A stretch of 64,000 nt of DNA from Eledone cirrhosa (GCA_964016885.1 OZ024742.1:197346001-197410000), one strand, 5' to 3'; counted from the first letter of the stretch, positions 41,941 to 55,407 are shown. The notes: generated from the letters alone by a model not told the origin. Translations and numbers: made by a program.

Positions 41941-42506
41941 AGTATATACATATATATATATAAATATTAACTATAATAAAGTAAGGAGTGCGGGACTGCA
42001 TCCAGAATTTTTTTTTTATCCCGTTTGTAAAATAATTTGGATTACTTTGAATAAATAATTGTTTCTACTTGAATAAATAATGAATGAATATTACACAATT
42101 TATATGCTAAATTTTGTAGCTTTTGATTAAAAATATTTTATTGCTTATTTAAAGATTCACTTCTTTAAAATTTTCAAATGTCAACACTTCCGGTTAGCGA
42201 GCGCTTAAATAAACATTCATATATTTCCGTCACTAATTTTCTCCTAATGCAGTTTATATATAATATCTTTTTTAATGTATAGTGTATTACGTTACTGATT
42301 ACAGAAGACAGTGTAAGGCAGTCTTCGTTCAATTTCTGTGTATATTGTTAATTACGATTTTATTTGATGTATCATATCTACATGTATATATACTTGCATA
42401 TAATATCAATATGCACACTACACATGCTAGCAGAAAACCACCCGAAGGGTTGGTTTTCTGCTAGTATATATTAATACACACACACATATATATATTGTAT
42501 ATGTGT

Positions 42507-42544
<38 letters not shown>

Positions 42545-42600
42545 GTGAGGTTTTTTTTACAAAATGAAAAATAACCGAGGTGTCCTACACGAGTGAAAGT

Positions 42601-42716
42601 ATAAAGAAAAAGAGATGGAATCGAAAATGCAACTGAAGTCTTATTTTTTTTTTAAAATATATATATTTAAAAAAAAAAATAAGACTTCAGTTGCATTTTC
42701 GATTCCATCTCTTTTT

Positions 42717-42722
<6 letters not shown>
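42601..42722. repeat. About 120-bp near-perfect palindrome adjoining (TA)n; smaller hairpin at 42425-42463
   Basis: ATAAAGAAAAAGAGATGGAATCGAAAATGCAACTGAAGTCTTATTT.. followed by its reverse complement. Confidence 0.85.
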
Positions 42723-42813
<91 letters not shown>

Positions 42814-43005
42814 TATGTGGTGTGTTTGTGTGTGTGTGTTTGTGTGTGTGGGGGTGGGGGGGGGGGTATGTGGGTGTTAGAACAGACAGTCTCATGGAAA
42901 ATGTGAGGTAAATTTAATGGAGATATAACATAAGTTTTTCTAATTAGAAACTTCGCAGAGAAAAAATTGAAATGTAAACACTTTCCATTACATATTTATT
43001 ACATG

Positions 43006-43065
<60 letters not shown>

Positions 43066-43166
43066 TATATACATATATATACATATATACATATATATAC
43101 ATATATACATATATATACATATATATACATATATACATATATATACATATATACATATATATACAT

Positions 43167-43254
<88 letters not shown>

Positions 43255-43300
43255 ATATATGTATATATATATATTTATGTATATATATATATTTATGTAT

Positions 43301-43906
43301 GTCAGGTCACCAGTTGGTGCTACTGGTAACATGTATCCCAGTACAACCTGTCTCATGGTCGGGTCGTTGGCGACTAAACTGGCAACCCCACCAAGGTTTC
43401 TTGGTGAGGAGGGTGACTTTGGACATCCTGCAGGACTAAAAACAAAACCTGTCAAAGGTCAAAGGAGCTCTTAAGAGTCAATGGCCATCCAAAATCACCG
43501 GGAGAGATGACCCCTTAGCCTTAGTCAAGGTAGAATTCTAGGAGAAGGAAAACTCTGATATAACACCTGCAACCCTGATGATATCCAATGATGTTGACTT
43601 GTTCTTCTTTTTGGTAAATATCATCTTGGTTAAGAGAGTGGGACTGGCTTTGTGCAGTGCCTTTGCTCACTATAAAAGCTTCACGGCACAGGCATTGCTT
43701 TATATCTGGAGATCTCTCTGCATTTGTCGTCACATGGTACCATGGGCCCAGCACTATGTGTCAATAATTGTCACAAGTGTAGTGTTTGTACCAGAGTTTT
43801 GAAGTCGCTGGTTAGACTAAAAAGTCACACTCGTTCAGCGTATCGGTAGGGGTTCTCCTACATGGATATAAAGTAGTGGCCGTACTCGAAAACGAGTTGG
43901 CAGCCA

Positions 43907-43910
<4 letters not shown>
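43301..43910 (+). mobile_element. Non-autonomous bipartite RTE derivative, apparently full length (about 610 bp)
   Basis: RTE-like 5' UTR motif CTAGGAGAAGGAAAACTCTG, then a terminal C2H2 finger remnant (family consensus [26 protein letters not shown]), short 3' UTR and (AT)n tail. Confidence 0.75.
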
Positions 43911-43964
<54 letters not shown>

Positions 43965-45357
43965 TTCGGTGTGTGGGTAGATATTCATACTACACTACTC
44001 TCTTTCTCCTCATCTCTTTCTGTCTCTCTTCACTACTTACATCGTCTTCCTATACTTCTTATTATCTCTGTACTTCTCTATATCTACTATTCCCCTACCA
44101 TCCACCCTCGCACAATCCCGCTCGTTATTTCCTCACACACAAAAACACATGTCCACATTTACTTTCTTCGTCAATTAATTCTCTATAATTCCTGGCGGTG
44201 AGACAGACATAAAGTCCCTTTGTTCAATTAATCCCACAAATATACTCTGACACAAACGTACACCGTGTGCAGCTTACTAATTGGTTAGAGCCAACAGCTA
44301 ATTCCCCCACCTGTTTACTAATGAATCACAGCTTCGTTGGTTCATATAATGGTACCTGCCACTAAATCAATGGCTAGGTGGGGCTTATATTATTTGTTTT
44401 GGAGAGGTGTAAAGCTGACAGTCAACAGAAGACATAATAAAACCTATGGAACCGAGCCGTTTGTTTATTCACATATACAAACATACACACACACATGCCC
44501 ACACAAGCATACACACACACACAAACACGCACTCAAATACACAAACACATACACACACATACTCACACACACACAGACAGACACACAAACACACACACGT
44601 ACACAAATACACAAACACATACACACACATACTCACACACACACAGACAGACACACAAACACACACACACACGTACTCAAATACATACACATGCACACAC
44701 GAGCACACACACACATACTCACAACCACTTACACACACATACTCACACAAACACTCACATACCCGTACTGATAACACTCTTACATACATATTCATGCATG
44801 CACACACACACACAAGCACTTATGCACACAGAAATATATAGAAATATATAATATATATAAAATATATATATATAAAACATATATATGAAACAAATTTCTA
44901 CAAATTTCATAACTGACGACCCAATATAAATATATATATGTGGGGGGGGGGGGAACACGTGGCTTAGTGGTTGAACAATATGATTTGGCCAACTTTATTA
45001 CACATTACACCAGGCTGAATCTCCCTGAGAATTCTCAGCCATTTGCACGTTAATTTCACGAGTAGGCTGTACTACCTATCTAACAATTGGAACATTGATC
45101 ACCAGGTCCAACAACATATACATACATTTATATATCATAAAGACTCGGGGCCTGACGGCTGAGCTCTTGTCGTTTCAACAGTAGTTCAGTCTGGATCTAG
45201 CTGTTGAAACGGCAAGAGCTCAACCGTAGGGCCCCGACCCCAAGAATCGATTACTCTGTTCAGTAATAGTCTAAATAGTTTAAAACTGGTTCTTTCTTGA
45301 TATATGTGTGTATGTGTGTTTAAGTCCTATCTTAATTGAGAAGAATATATATTAATG

Positions 45358-45437
<80 letters not shown>

Positions 45438-45440
<3 letters not shown>

Positions 45441-47396
45441 AATATAGACATAGAATATTCGAAAATATTCTGTATGTTTATAATAAACATTTTGAAGACC
45501 TAATCGCTATAGAATAATACGTCACGTATTACAATTAGATTCTCGATAAAAGCAAGGGAAGTAATCTACGCGTTTCATTCTTGTTAGAAATCATCAGGAC
45601 TACATATCCAGTGCTTTTATCGAGAATGGCACAGCTAGAGACTTATAGAATACTTAGCTGTGTACAGGAACTGGTTTGAAAGAGCGGTTGCCGGTCCGGC
45701 AGAAATTAGAAATTGGAATAAATGCTCTGAAATAGCGATATATATGTGAATATAGACATAGAATATTCGAAAATATTCTGTATGTTTATAATAAACATTT
45801 TGAAGACCTAATCGCTATAGAATAATACGTCACGTATTACAATTAGATTCTCGATAAAAGCAAGGGAAGTAATCTACGCGTTTCATTCTTGTTAGAAATC
45901 ATCAGGACTACATATCCAGTGCTTTTATCGAGAATGGCACAGCTAGAGACTTATAGAATACTTAGCTGTGTACAGGAACTGGTTTGAAAGAGCGGTTGCC
46001 GGTCCGGCAGAAATTAGAAATTGGAATAAATGCTCTGAAATAGCGATATATATGTGAATATAGACATAGAATATTCGAAAATATTCTGTATGTTTATAAT
46101 AAACATTTTGAAGACCTAATCGCTATAGAATAATACGTCACGTATTACAATTAGATTCTCGATAAAAGCAAGGGAAGTAATCTACGCGTTTCATTCTTGT
46201 TAGAAATCATCAGGACTACATATCCAGTGCTTTTATCGAGAATGGCACAGCTAGAGACTTATAGAATACTTAGCTGTGTACAGGAACTGGTTTGAAAGAG
46301 CGGTTGCCGGTCCGGCAGAAATTAGAAATTGGAATAAATGCTCTGAAATAGCGATATATATGTGAATATAGACATAGAATATTCGAAAATATTCTGTATG
46401 TTTATAATAAACATTTTGAAGACCTAATCGCTATAGAATAATACGTCACGTATTACAATTAGATTCTCGATAAAAGCAAGGGAAGTAATCTACGCGTTTC
46501 ATTCTTGTTAGAAATCATCAGGACTACATATCCAGTGCTTTTATCGAGAATGGCACAGCTAGAGACTTATAGAATACTTAGCTGTGTACAGGAACTGGTT
46601 TGAAAGAGCGGTTGCCGGTCCGGCAGAAATTAGAAATTGGAATAAATGCTCTGAAATAGCGATATATATGTGAATATAGACATAGAATATTCGAAAATAT
46701 TCTGTATGTTTATAATAAACATTTTGAAGACCTAATCGCTATAGAATAATACGTCACGTATTACAATTAGATTCTCGATAAAAGCAAGGGAAGTAATCTA
46801 CGCGTTTCATTCTTGTTAGAAATCATCAGGACTACATATCCAGTGCTTTTATCGAGAATGGCACAGCTAGAGACTTATAGAATACTTAGCTGTGTACAGG
46901 AACTGGTTTGAAAGAGCGGTTGCCGGTCCGGCAGAAATTAGAAATTGGAATAAATGCTCTGAAATAGCGATATATATGTGAATATAGACATAGAATATTC
47001 GAAAATATTCTGTATGTTTATAATAAACATTTTGAAGACCTAATCGCTATAGAATAATACGTCACGTATTACAATTAGATTCTCGATAAAAGCAAGGGAA
47101 GTAATCTACGCGTTTCATTCTTGTTAGAAATCATCAGGACTACATATCCAGTGCTTTTATCGAGAATGGCACAGCTAGAGACTTATAGAATACTTAGCTG
47201 TGTACAGGAACTGGTTTGAAAGAGCGGTTGCCGGTCCGGCAGAAATTAGAAATTGGAATAAATGCTCTGAAATAGCGATATATATGTGAATATAGACATA
47301 GAATATTCGAAAATATTCTGTATGTTTATAATAAACATTTTGAAGACCTAATCGCTATAGAATAATACGTCACGTATTACAATTAGATTCTCGATA
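45438..47396 (-). repeat. Tandem array of 308-bp HHR-containing units (6 full + about 110 bp), retrozyme-like
   Basis: AATATAGACA recurs at 45441, 45749, 46057, 46365, 46673, 46981 and 47289. No differences seen between units, no ORF, (TA)n on both sides. Confidence 0.95.
45561..45603 (-). ncRNA. Type I hammerhead ribozyme, repeated at 45869-45911, 46177-46219, 46485-46527, 46793-46835 and 47101-47143
   Basis: GTAGTC-CTGATGA-T TTCT AACA AGAA T-GAAAC GC GTA-GATTAC. Stem I continues via GGA/TCC into a perfect 16-bp helix (45539-45554 with 45612-45627). Confidence 0.85.
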
Positions 47397-47411
47397 CATA
47401 TATATATATAT

Positions 47412-47660
47412 CTAAGGCGGGTAAAATTCCCGAGATCCATGGACGAGTTCTCTCCAGCGGTCTCTGTCCCTCATTATCGCTGCCATGTCCTGCGTCTCCA
47501 ACAGATCTGTGTCTGTCCTTAGAGCATCAACATACGTTAACCTTGGTCTTCCTCTTCTAGTGTGTCCATGTATGGGGCTCCCACAGGAGCACTGAGTGCA
47601 ATGTCAACTCTGGATGTCGGTGAGCATGTCCAGCTAACCTCAGTCTCCTCTGTGTCACTT
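47412..47660 (-). pseudogene. RTE-type LINE 3' fragment
   Basis: [18 protein letters not shown]....[23 protein letters not shown]....MRDRDRW. Confidence 0.8.
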
Positions 47661-47667
47661 ATGTATG

Positions 47668-47702
<35 letters not shown>

Positions 47703-47840
47703 TATGTATATATATATATGCATATGTATATATATATATATATATATATGCATATGTATATATATATATATATGCATATGTATAAATATATATATATATA
47801 TGTGTGTGTATATATATATATATATTATGTATATATATGC

Positions 47841-47892
<52 letters not shown>

Positions 47893-47939
47893 ATATGTAT
47901 ATATATATGTACGTATATATGTATATATATATATATGTA

Positions 47940-48010
<71 letters not shown>

Positions 48011-48023
48011 ATATATATATATG

Positions 48024-48066
<43 letters not shown>

Positions 48067-48154
48067 GTATGTGTATATATATATATATATGTATGTATAT
48101 ATATATGTATGTGTATATATATATATATGTATGTATATATATATATGTATGTTT

Positions 48155-48403
48155 TCTCTTTCTCTTAATTTCGAGTATATTTTTTTGACCGGCTACCTTC
48201 CTGGTGGCAAGGTTGTAAAAGAAAAGAAATTGTCATCCCTTGAATCGCAAGAATGTTTTGCAAATTTTGAAGGTGCCAGCTATCGCAGCCATTTGTAGAC
48301 TATGAATTAGGGAGCTGCGCTTTTTGTCCGCAAATCCAAGTTCGGTCATACTTTGGTCCAAGCGGGTTGGTATATAACCCGTAGCGGGTTGGTATATAAC
48401 CCG
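48155..48403 (-). mobile_element. 3' end of an RLE-type LINE in (ACAT)n (same family as 23085-23240)
   Basis: [48 protein letters not shown]; 22-bp tandem duplication at the 5' junction. Confidence 0.6.
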
Positions 48404-48502
48404 TATGTATGTATATATGTATATATGTATGTATATATATATGTATGTATATATGTATGTGTATATATATATGTATGTATATATTATGTATGTATATATT
48501 AT

Positions 48503-49111
48503 GTCAGGTCACCAGTTGGTGATACGGGAAGCATGTATCCCAGTACAACCTGTCTCATGGTCGGGTCGTTGGCGACTAAATTGGCAACGCCACCAAGGTT
48601 TCTTGGTGAGGAGGGTGACTTTGGACATCCTGCAGGACTAAAAACAAAACCTGTCAAAGGGCAAAGGAGCTCTTAAGAGTCAATGGCCATCCAAAATCAT
48701 CGGGAGAGATGAACCCTTAGCTTTTGTGAAGGCAGTATTCTAGGGGAAGGAAAACTCTGATATAACACCTGCAACCCTGATGGTATCCAATGATGTTGAC
48801 TTGTTCTTCTTTTTGGTAAATATCATCTTGGTTAACAGAGTGGGACTGGCTTTGTGCAGTGCCTTTGCTCACTATAAAAGCTTCACGGCACAGGCATTGC
48901 TTTATATCTGAAGATCTCTCTGCACTTGTCATCATATGGCACCATGGGCCCAGCACTATGAGTTAATTATTGTCACAAGTTTAGTGTTTGTACCAGAGTT
49001 TTCAAGTCCCTGGCTGGACTGAAAAGTCACACTTGTTCAGCGCATCGGTAGGGTTCTTCTACATGAATATAAAGTAGTGGCCGTACTCGAAAACGAGTTG
49101 GCAGCCACCAT
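48503..49111 (+). mobile_element. Non-autonomous bipartite RTE derivative, second apparently full-length copy
   Basis: Same 5' start (GTCAGGTCACC) and 3' end as 43301-43910. Confidence 0.75.
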
Positions 49112-49132
49112 ATATATATGTATATAAGTATG

Positions 49133-49214
<82 letters not shown>

Positions 49215-49256
49215 TATATATGTGTATATATGTATGTATATATGTATATATATATC

Positions 49257-49287
<31 letters not shown>

Positions 49288-49300
49288 GTATATACGTATA

Positions 49301-49382
<82 letters not shown>

Positions 49383-49571
49383 TAAACGGAAAAAATGAAA
49401 CGAAATTTCATTTCCCACTCTTAGTACGGCTGTTACTTAAATATAAGTATGTACACGTACATACATATATGTATACAGACGTACAGTAGTATGTATATGC
49501 ACACATATATATATATGATGTTATAATAAATGTTCGGTGAATCCATACGTACTAGCTCTGACAGTTGGCAG

Positions 49572-49637
49572 GTGAACAGTGAGCTGTACTGATGAAGGGT
49601 GATACCCAGAAACATTAGTGTCTGCAGTTCTGTTTAC
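49572..49637 (+). ncRNA. Type I hammerhead ribozyme with extended stem I
   Basis: GTGAACA..GAGCTGTA-CTGATGA-A GGGT GAT ACCC A-GAAAC AT TA GT GTC-TGCAGTTC TGTTTAC. Confidence 0.78.
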
Positions 49638-49805
49638 ATGCGAACGCAAGAGCAAGAATGAAGGTTTCATTCTACTGACATGGCTTTACAAATGAGGCTT
49701 GTTTGCATAATTGAAAACGAATCGAATGTTATTATTAATATTCGAAAAACTCAGATTACATTTCTAGATATATATACATGCATCTATCTATCTATCTATC
49801 TATCT

Positions 49806-51582
49806 ATGCACAACAGCAACATCAGCTCAAGGGTTAAGGTGAACGGCTACCTCTCGGAGCCGTTCCATATCACGCGATCCATTCGACAGGGATGTCCTCT
49901 CTCCTCCCCTCTGTGCGTACTGACACTCGAGCCACTACTGCGGAAGTTGGAGCTATTGCAGGGCATCCCTCTGGAATAGTAATGGTGTGGAGCGCCTCGC
50001 AAATTGAGGAAGTCGGCACCTTACTGAAGGAATACGAAAGTTTCACAGGAGCGAAGCTGAACCGGGACAAGTCCATCGGTTTGCAACTCGGATCGTGGAG
50101 AAGCAAACCGATGCCTTCCGATGGCGTCGTCGGACCCTGGACGGAAGGACCGGTAAAGCTGCTCGGGGTCTAGTTTGGTCCGGACCTCCAGGTGGAGAAG
50201 AACTGGAACGAGGTGACGGCCAAGGTGTTTGCACTCACCCAGAAGTGAGCCGAGTGCAAACTATCCTTGAAAGGTCGAGCGGAGGTGGCGAATAGTTTTA
50301 TAGCGTCCGCCATCTACTACCGCTTGACCGTCGTGCCTTGTCCAGCCAAAACGCTCACCAAAACGGAGCGCGCGCTCTTCCAATTCCTTTAGAAGAGGCG
50401 GGCTCCTTTGGTGAGAAGATCCATCTGCTGCCAACACCCTCCTAACGGAGGGCTGGGGATGCCGTGGCTGACGATGCGCAAACACGCGCTCAGGCTGCGG
50501 CATCTCTACGTATTCCTCACCGGACAACCGGTGTGGGCCCCGTTCGTGAGGCGAGCCTTCCCACGACTCGTCTCGCTGACCGAGCTGCAGTCCTGAGTCA
50601 AGCAAAGACCGAGGAAAATGGGCGACTGGCACATCGAATGTGCTCAGGCGCTCACAGCCCTCTGGCAGGCGGACCCGGCGATCAGTGGAGACTCCACTTC
50701 GTCATTCTATAGAGGGTTGATCCGCAGCAAGTGCGACAACGCGCTCGGTGAAACTCTAGGCGTAGAGGAAGATGAACTGGCCAGTCTGTTCAGTAGGACC
50801 TTCCGCCCGGGACCGATGGACAACTTCCAAATGTCCCTGGCCTGGTAGTGCTACCGAGGAGCTCTACCAGTTCGAGACAAGCTCTACAGACATGGGCGCC
50901 CGGGCAGGGACCCTGCAAAAAAGATCTGTCCGAGGTGCGTGCGAGACGAAGAAACCGTCGCGCACGCATTCATACACTGCCCGGGCGTCACCGACCTGTG
51001 GGGCTATGTAGAATGACCATTGTCGCGGGTGGGACCAATCCGGTTGACCACCGAGTCCATTGTCATGATCAAACCGCCACCCTCCTTCAAAAACGAAGGA
51101 CAGGCGGTTTTCCTTTGTGTGATAGCTATGGCGAAAGAGGTTGTATGGTGGACAAGGTTGAAAGGGCTGTGGTCAGACACCTTTCTCTCCGGCCAACAAC
51201 TGATTCTTTTTTTCAAATACCACTTTGGAAGAAGAATCAGGATGGAGAGAGAGAGGTGCTGTACCCCAGCAAGTTTTATGAAAGGTGGGTGAAAGTGGCG
51301 AGAATGGCCCGAGTGAATGGACATTCTCTCTATATCAGCCTGTAGGTTGAGGAAAAGGAGGAGGAGAGGAAAGGAGTACAAACTCTTCGTACTCCTGGAG
51401 ATGAGGGTTGCACATTTTTTCAGGGGTATATGTTACCCATATGAACTGTCTCCCCCTATTGGGGAAAATCGACTAATTTTTTAAATTGCATTTGTGATAA
51501 TATTTTACACGTTTTTATTGTATGTAAACTTCCCCCTTTGTATTTTTCCCCTTCTTTTGTGCCCCTGTGGCTAATAAAGAAA
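49806..51582 (+). mobile_element. Tx1-like LINE, 5'-truncated pseudogenised copy of the 12991-14955 family
   Basis: Highly similar to the reverse complement of 12991-14810; multiple stops, YADD segment deleted near 49978; (TATC)n on both sides. Confidence 0.92.
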
Positions 51583-51584
51583 CA

Positions 51585-51665
<81 letters not shown>

Positions 51666-52055
51666 GGGATGGACACACGCGTGAAACTTGGTGGGTAAGT
51701 TCTGCCTAAATTTCTATAGAAATTCCTAACTGTAAACCTTCATTTTTATACCAATTTGTAGAGGGACTGCCAGGCCAAATTTTGATCTGGTCAGTCTCTT
51801 AAATTATTCTACGCCTTTAGGCGAAATAGTGGTGAAAAAAAAATGTTATCTTTCGAAAAATGTCCTACTTTGATAAAAATGGCTGAAGCATCTTCACCAA
51901 CATTCAAAGGAAGAAAAGGGAAGCTAAACTCACAGCTTCTCCCTGCCACTGTCACAGCAGCAGATGCCAAAGGCAGAGGTCAGCCAGAGGTAGAACTTTC
52001 TCCACCTGCTGACCGACAACTTGATGTAGCCACAACTATACAAGAAACTGAAAAC

Positions 52056-52086
<31 letters not shown>

Positions 52087-55000
52087 GCAACAATAAAGAC
52101 AACAAAAATAACAACAACACCACCGAAAACAACAGCAACACGAACAAGGAAAAGGGCTCCTTCGCCCAGACTGCAAGGAAAACCCTCGACTATCTGCCAG
52201 TAGATATAAGAAAAGCTAAGGAGCTACTGGCAGATGCCAAAAAATACGTAGTGTACGGGGAAAATGGATCATTTTCGATCCCCCCCCCCCCCCGGAACTA
52301 AAAAGCCAGAGACTCCTAAACACTGTCATGTTTAGGACAGTCTCAAACAAAAACAAAAAACCAGCTCAACCATCACAGAGTGAGATAGAGCGGGTTTTAA
52401 AAGATGTCATGAAAGACATCATATTCATTCAGAAGGATAGACTCTACGGGAGTCTATCCATTCTCATGAAGGACAGGGACACAGCAGCGAAACTGTCAAT
52501 AAAACCAATCACATCCACCACATACACCTTCTACCCTACGTACATGGGTAGAAGGACACAAAAAATAAAAATTCACACCATCCTTCTGATTATGTACATA
52601 TGGTGGGTATTGACAGGTTTCCTAGACCTAGACGATGACACACTAATATCCATGGGAAAGGCATCGAGTGACGCGTTCAGTGGAACGGGCCTCGAACTTG
52701 TAGTTCAAATGAGGCCTGAAAGGATCGCCCAGATCCCTAAACGCGTCATACTGGATGATCAAACTTTTATTAATATTACCGGTAAGGGTAGGCGGCCCTC
52801 GTGTTACCTCTGTGGAGCCAGAGGTCCCCTGAGGGCTGTCTGTCCTCAACTTAAAGAGAAAACCCCAATCCTGCCTACACCACCAACAACTGCACAACCA
52901 ACACAATCACCACAACCACCACTACAAAAACAACAACCACAGCTCAAACCAAAACAAAACACTGTCCAACCCATCGCCCCCCCCCCCTCTAAAAAAAAAT
53001 TTCGAAAACACCCGGCACCGCAAACACAACCCGAAAATCTATCCCTCCCCTCCAACACGGAAGATGACCCTCGTTCGTCGTCAGACGAGGAGACACTTCC
53101 ACACAATCAAAAAAAAAAAAAAAAAAAAAACACCTCAGACACACAAATGAAAACAACCCCTCCCCAAAACATAACACTGACACCAACACCAAAGAGCACA
53201 CAATAACAGCAAACAAAAAACACCACACAAAAACAAAAACATGCATACACATACATAAACACAAGAAATAAAAAAAACTGCTAAACATTGTATACAACAA
53301 TTTAGTGAAAACACAAGGGCCTAACTTCACCCAGGCAGGGGATTTCCCCCACCTCAAAATGATTAAGGCCCCAGAGGAAACATACAAAACGCTAAAAAAC
53401 AACTTTAAAGAGGACGTGCCCCCCCCCCCTCCGTCGGGCCCATTAACAGCGTCCTCCTCAACAATTTCCCCACCCCCTCCCCAAACACCCACACAACTCC
53501 AAACACCCCAACCACACAACACACTGATGCCCCTACACTTCCATAAACCACCACCCCACCCAACAACCCATCCCCCACCCTCATGGAAATTGTGCAGCCC
53601 GATACCCGGGACGCAGAGAGGTAAGTGCCTTTTCTCTTCACCACCAACATGGCTATGCTAAGAGTAGGCTGTCTAAATGCGCGTGGCCTGGGCTCAACTT
53701 GGAAGCAAGCAATGCTTCTAAATGACCTCAGGTCACAGTGTATAGATGTGATGGTTATTTGCGAGGCCCGGATCAGCAACGTGCGACAGCTGGCCCCCAC
53801 CTTTGATGACTTTGAGATGCACGCATCTCTCTGTCAGCCCAGAGGTGGGGGTGGGGTTTTCGTTCTGCTGCAAAAACATCTGGGTCTCGCAACACAGACG
53901 GTACATTTGGACCCGGAGGGTCGACTAGTGGTTCTGGACCTTTGCAGTGGTGAAGGCGGAGCGTTTAGGCTGGTAGCCGTCTACGGCCCTTTCGGGTCAA
54001 CGCGTCCGGGCTTCTTCCATCGTCTGGAGACTTTTCTAGGGACGTCCCGCTCCTTGCTATTAATGTGGGACTGGAATGCTATCCTAGATGCACGTTGGGG
54101 ACTACGTAGCAGCCTGTCCCGATAGAGAGGGATGTAACAGCCTCAAAGGGTTAATCGGCCGATTTGACCTGGCCGATAGATAGCGACTAGATTTTCCGAC
54201 TGCGCCAACCTGGACTTGGGCAAACCGCAGCGGATCATCTAGGTCGTACCTAGATAGGTTCTTAGTTAGAAATAAGGATAAGGACTTTTTAAGTTGTCCA
54301 AAAATGCTCATGGTTGGCTATTCAGACCACAAGTTAGTTACCTGCATGGTCAACCTTGACAGAGCGCATAGACAGGGACCCGGTTACTGGAAGCTCAACT
54401 TGTCCTTACCGGCAAGTAAGGCTTACAGGGACCGGATTAGCACTTTAGTTAAGGAGCGGTTGACGAGCACCATCATCAACATCAGGTGGTGGGGATCTCT
54501 CAAAAGAGAGATTAGAGTAGTCTCTATAGAATTTAGTAAGGAGCTAGCCTCAAATAGAAATAGGAAGGAAAGGGAGTTGGTAGATAGTGTAGAAGAGGCA
54601 ATTAGAAGCGGGAACGTGGCCAGAGTGCTAGCGTCGAGAACGGCCCTGGGCCAGTTCTTCAACGCGAAATACGAAGGCTGCATCGTCCGAAGCAAAATAC
54701 GTGCTCTGGGAAACGAGGGGACCAAAGCTGTTAGCTGGGCCCGCGTGACAGAAGCTAAAAGAGGGATTAGATCCACTATCCGGTCTTTGCGAGACCAGGA
54801 TGGACGGGTGATCCTTGAACCTAAGCAGATGTGCGAGGCTTTTCAAAAGCACTTTGCCAGATTGTTCGGAAGAGGCGGGGAGCCGGTTGGGGAAGTGCAC
54901 TTCTGTCCATACCTCGACGGCCTGTCGTGTCTCTCGGACAAGGAGGCGAAGTCTTGCGAGGAGCCGATTTCAGCCGCTGAGATAGAGGACGTGCTGAGCC

Positions 55001-55407
55001 AATGCGGCAAACGCAAATTCCCAGGTCTCGATGGTCTTCCATACGAACTATATCTAGCTATGCCGGGCTTGTTCCCCGATCTCCTCGAGGAGGTCTACTG
55101 CAACTGGCAACAGAACGGGAGAATTCCCTGTGCTGTGACCAAGGGCGTAGTCACGCTAGTGAGGAAGGACGAGAACAAGGGGGACGATATAAATAATTTG
55201 AGGCCCATAACACTGCTAAATACAGAATTACAGATTTTGGCCAAGGTGCTAGCAAAGAGGTTGGCACTTGTCATGGGCAACCTGGTGGGAGATGCGCAGA
55301 CATGTGCTATCCCGTCCAGGTCCATCAACGACAACCTCCACCCCATACGATACATCATAGAGAGGGTTGGGAACGAACCCGGCTTTGGTGGGGCCCTGAT
55401 CAACTTG
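51666..55407 (+). mobile_element. Tx1-like LINE 5' portion: 5' UTR, ORF1 (about 51879-53206, frameshifted, zinc-knuckle relic) and ORF2 (53649-55407, APE endonuclease + RT N-terminus), 3'-truncated
   Basis: ORF1 has CYLCGARGPLRAVC. ORF2 has CLNARGL, DPEGRLV, WDWNAIL, SYLDRF, YSDHKLV, GPGYWKLN, PGLDGLPYELY, RPITLLNT. Begins directly after (TATC)n. Confidence 0.88.

Noticed and set aside
45438-47396. Second, plus-strand ribozyme in the 308-bp unit (ambisense, viroid-like)
   Set aside because: Only TTGAAGA and CTGAAAT near-matches, without supporting stems; no plus-strand HHR could be built by eye.
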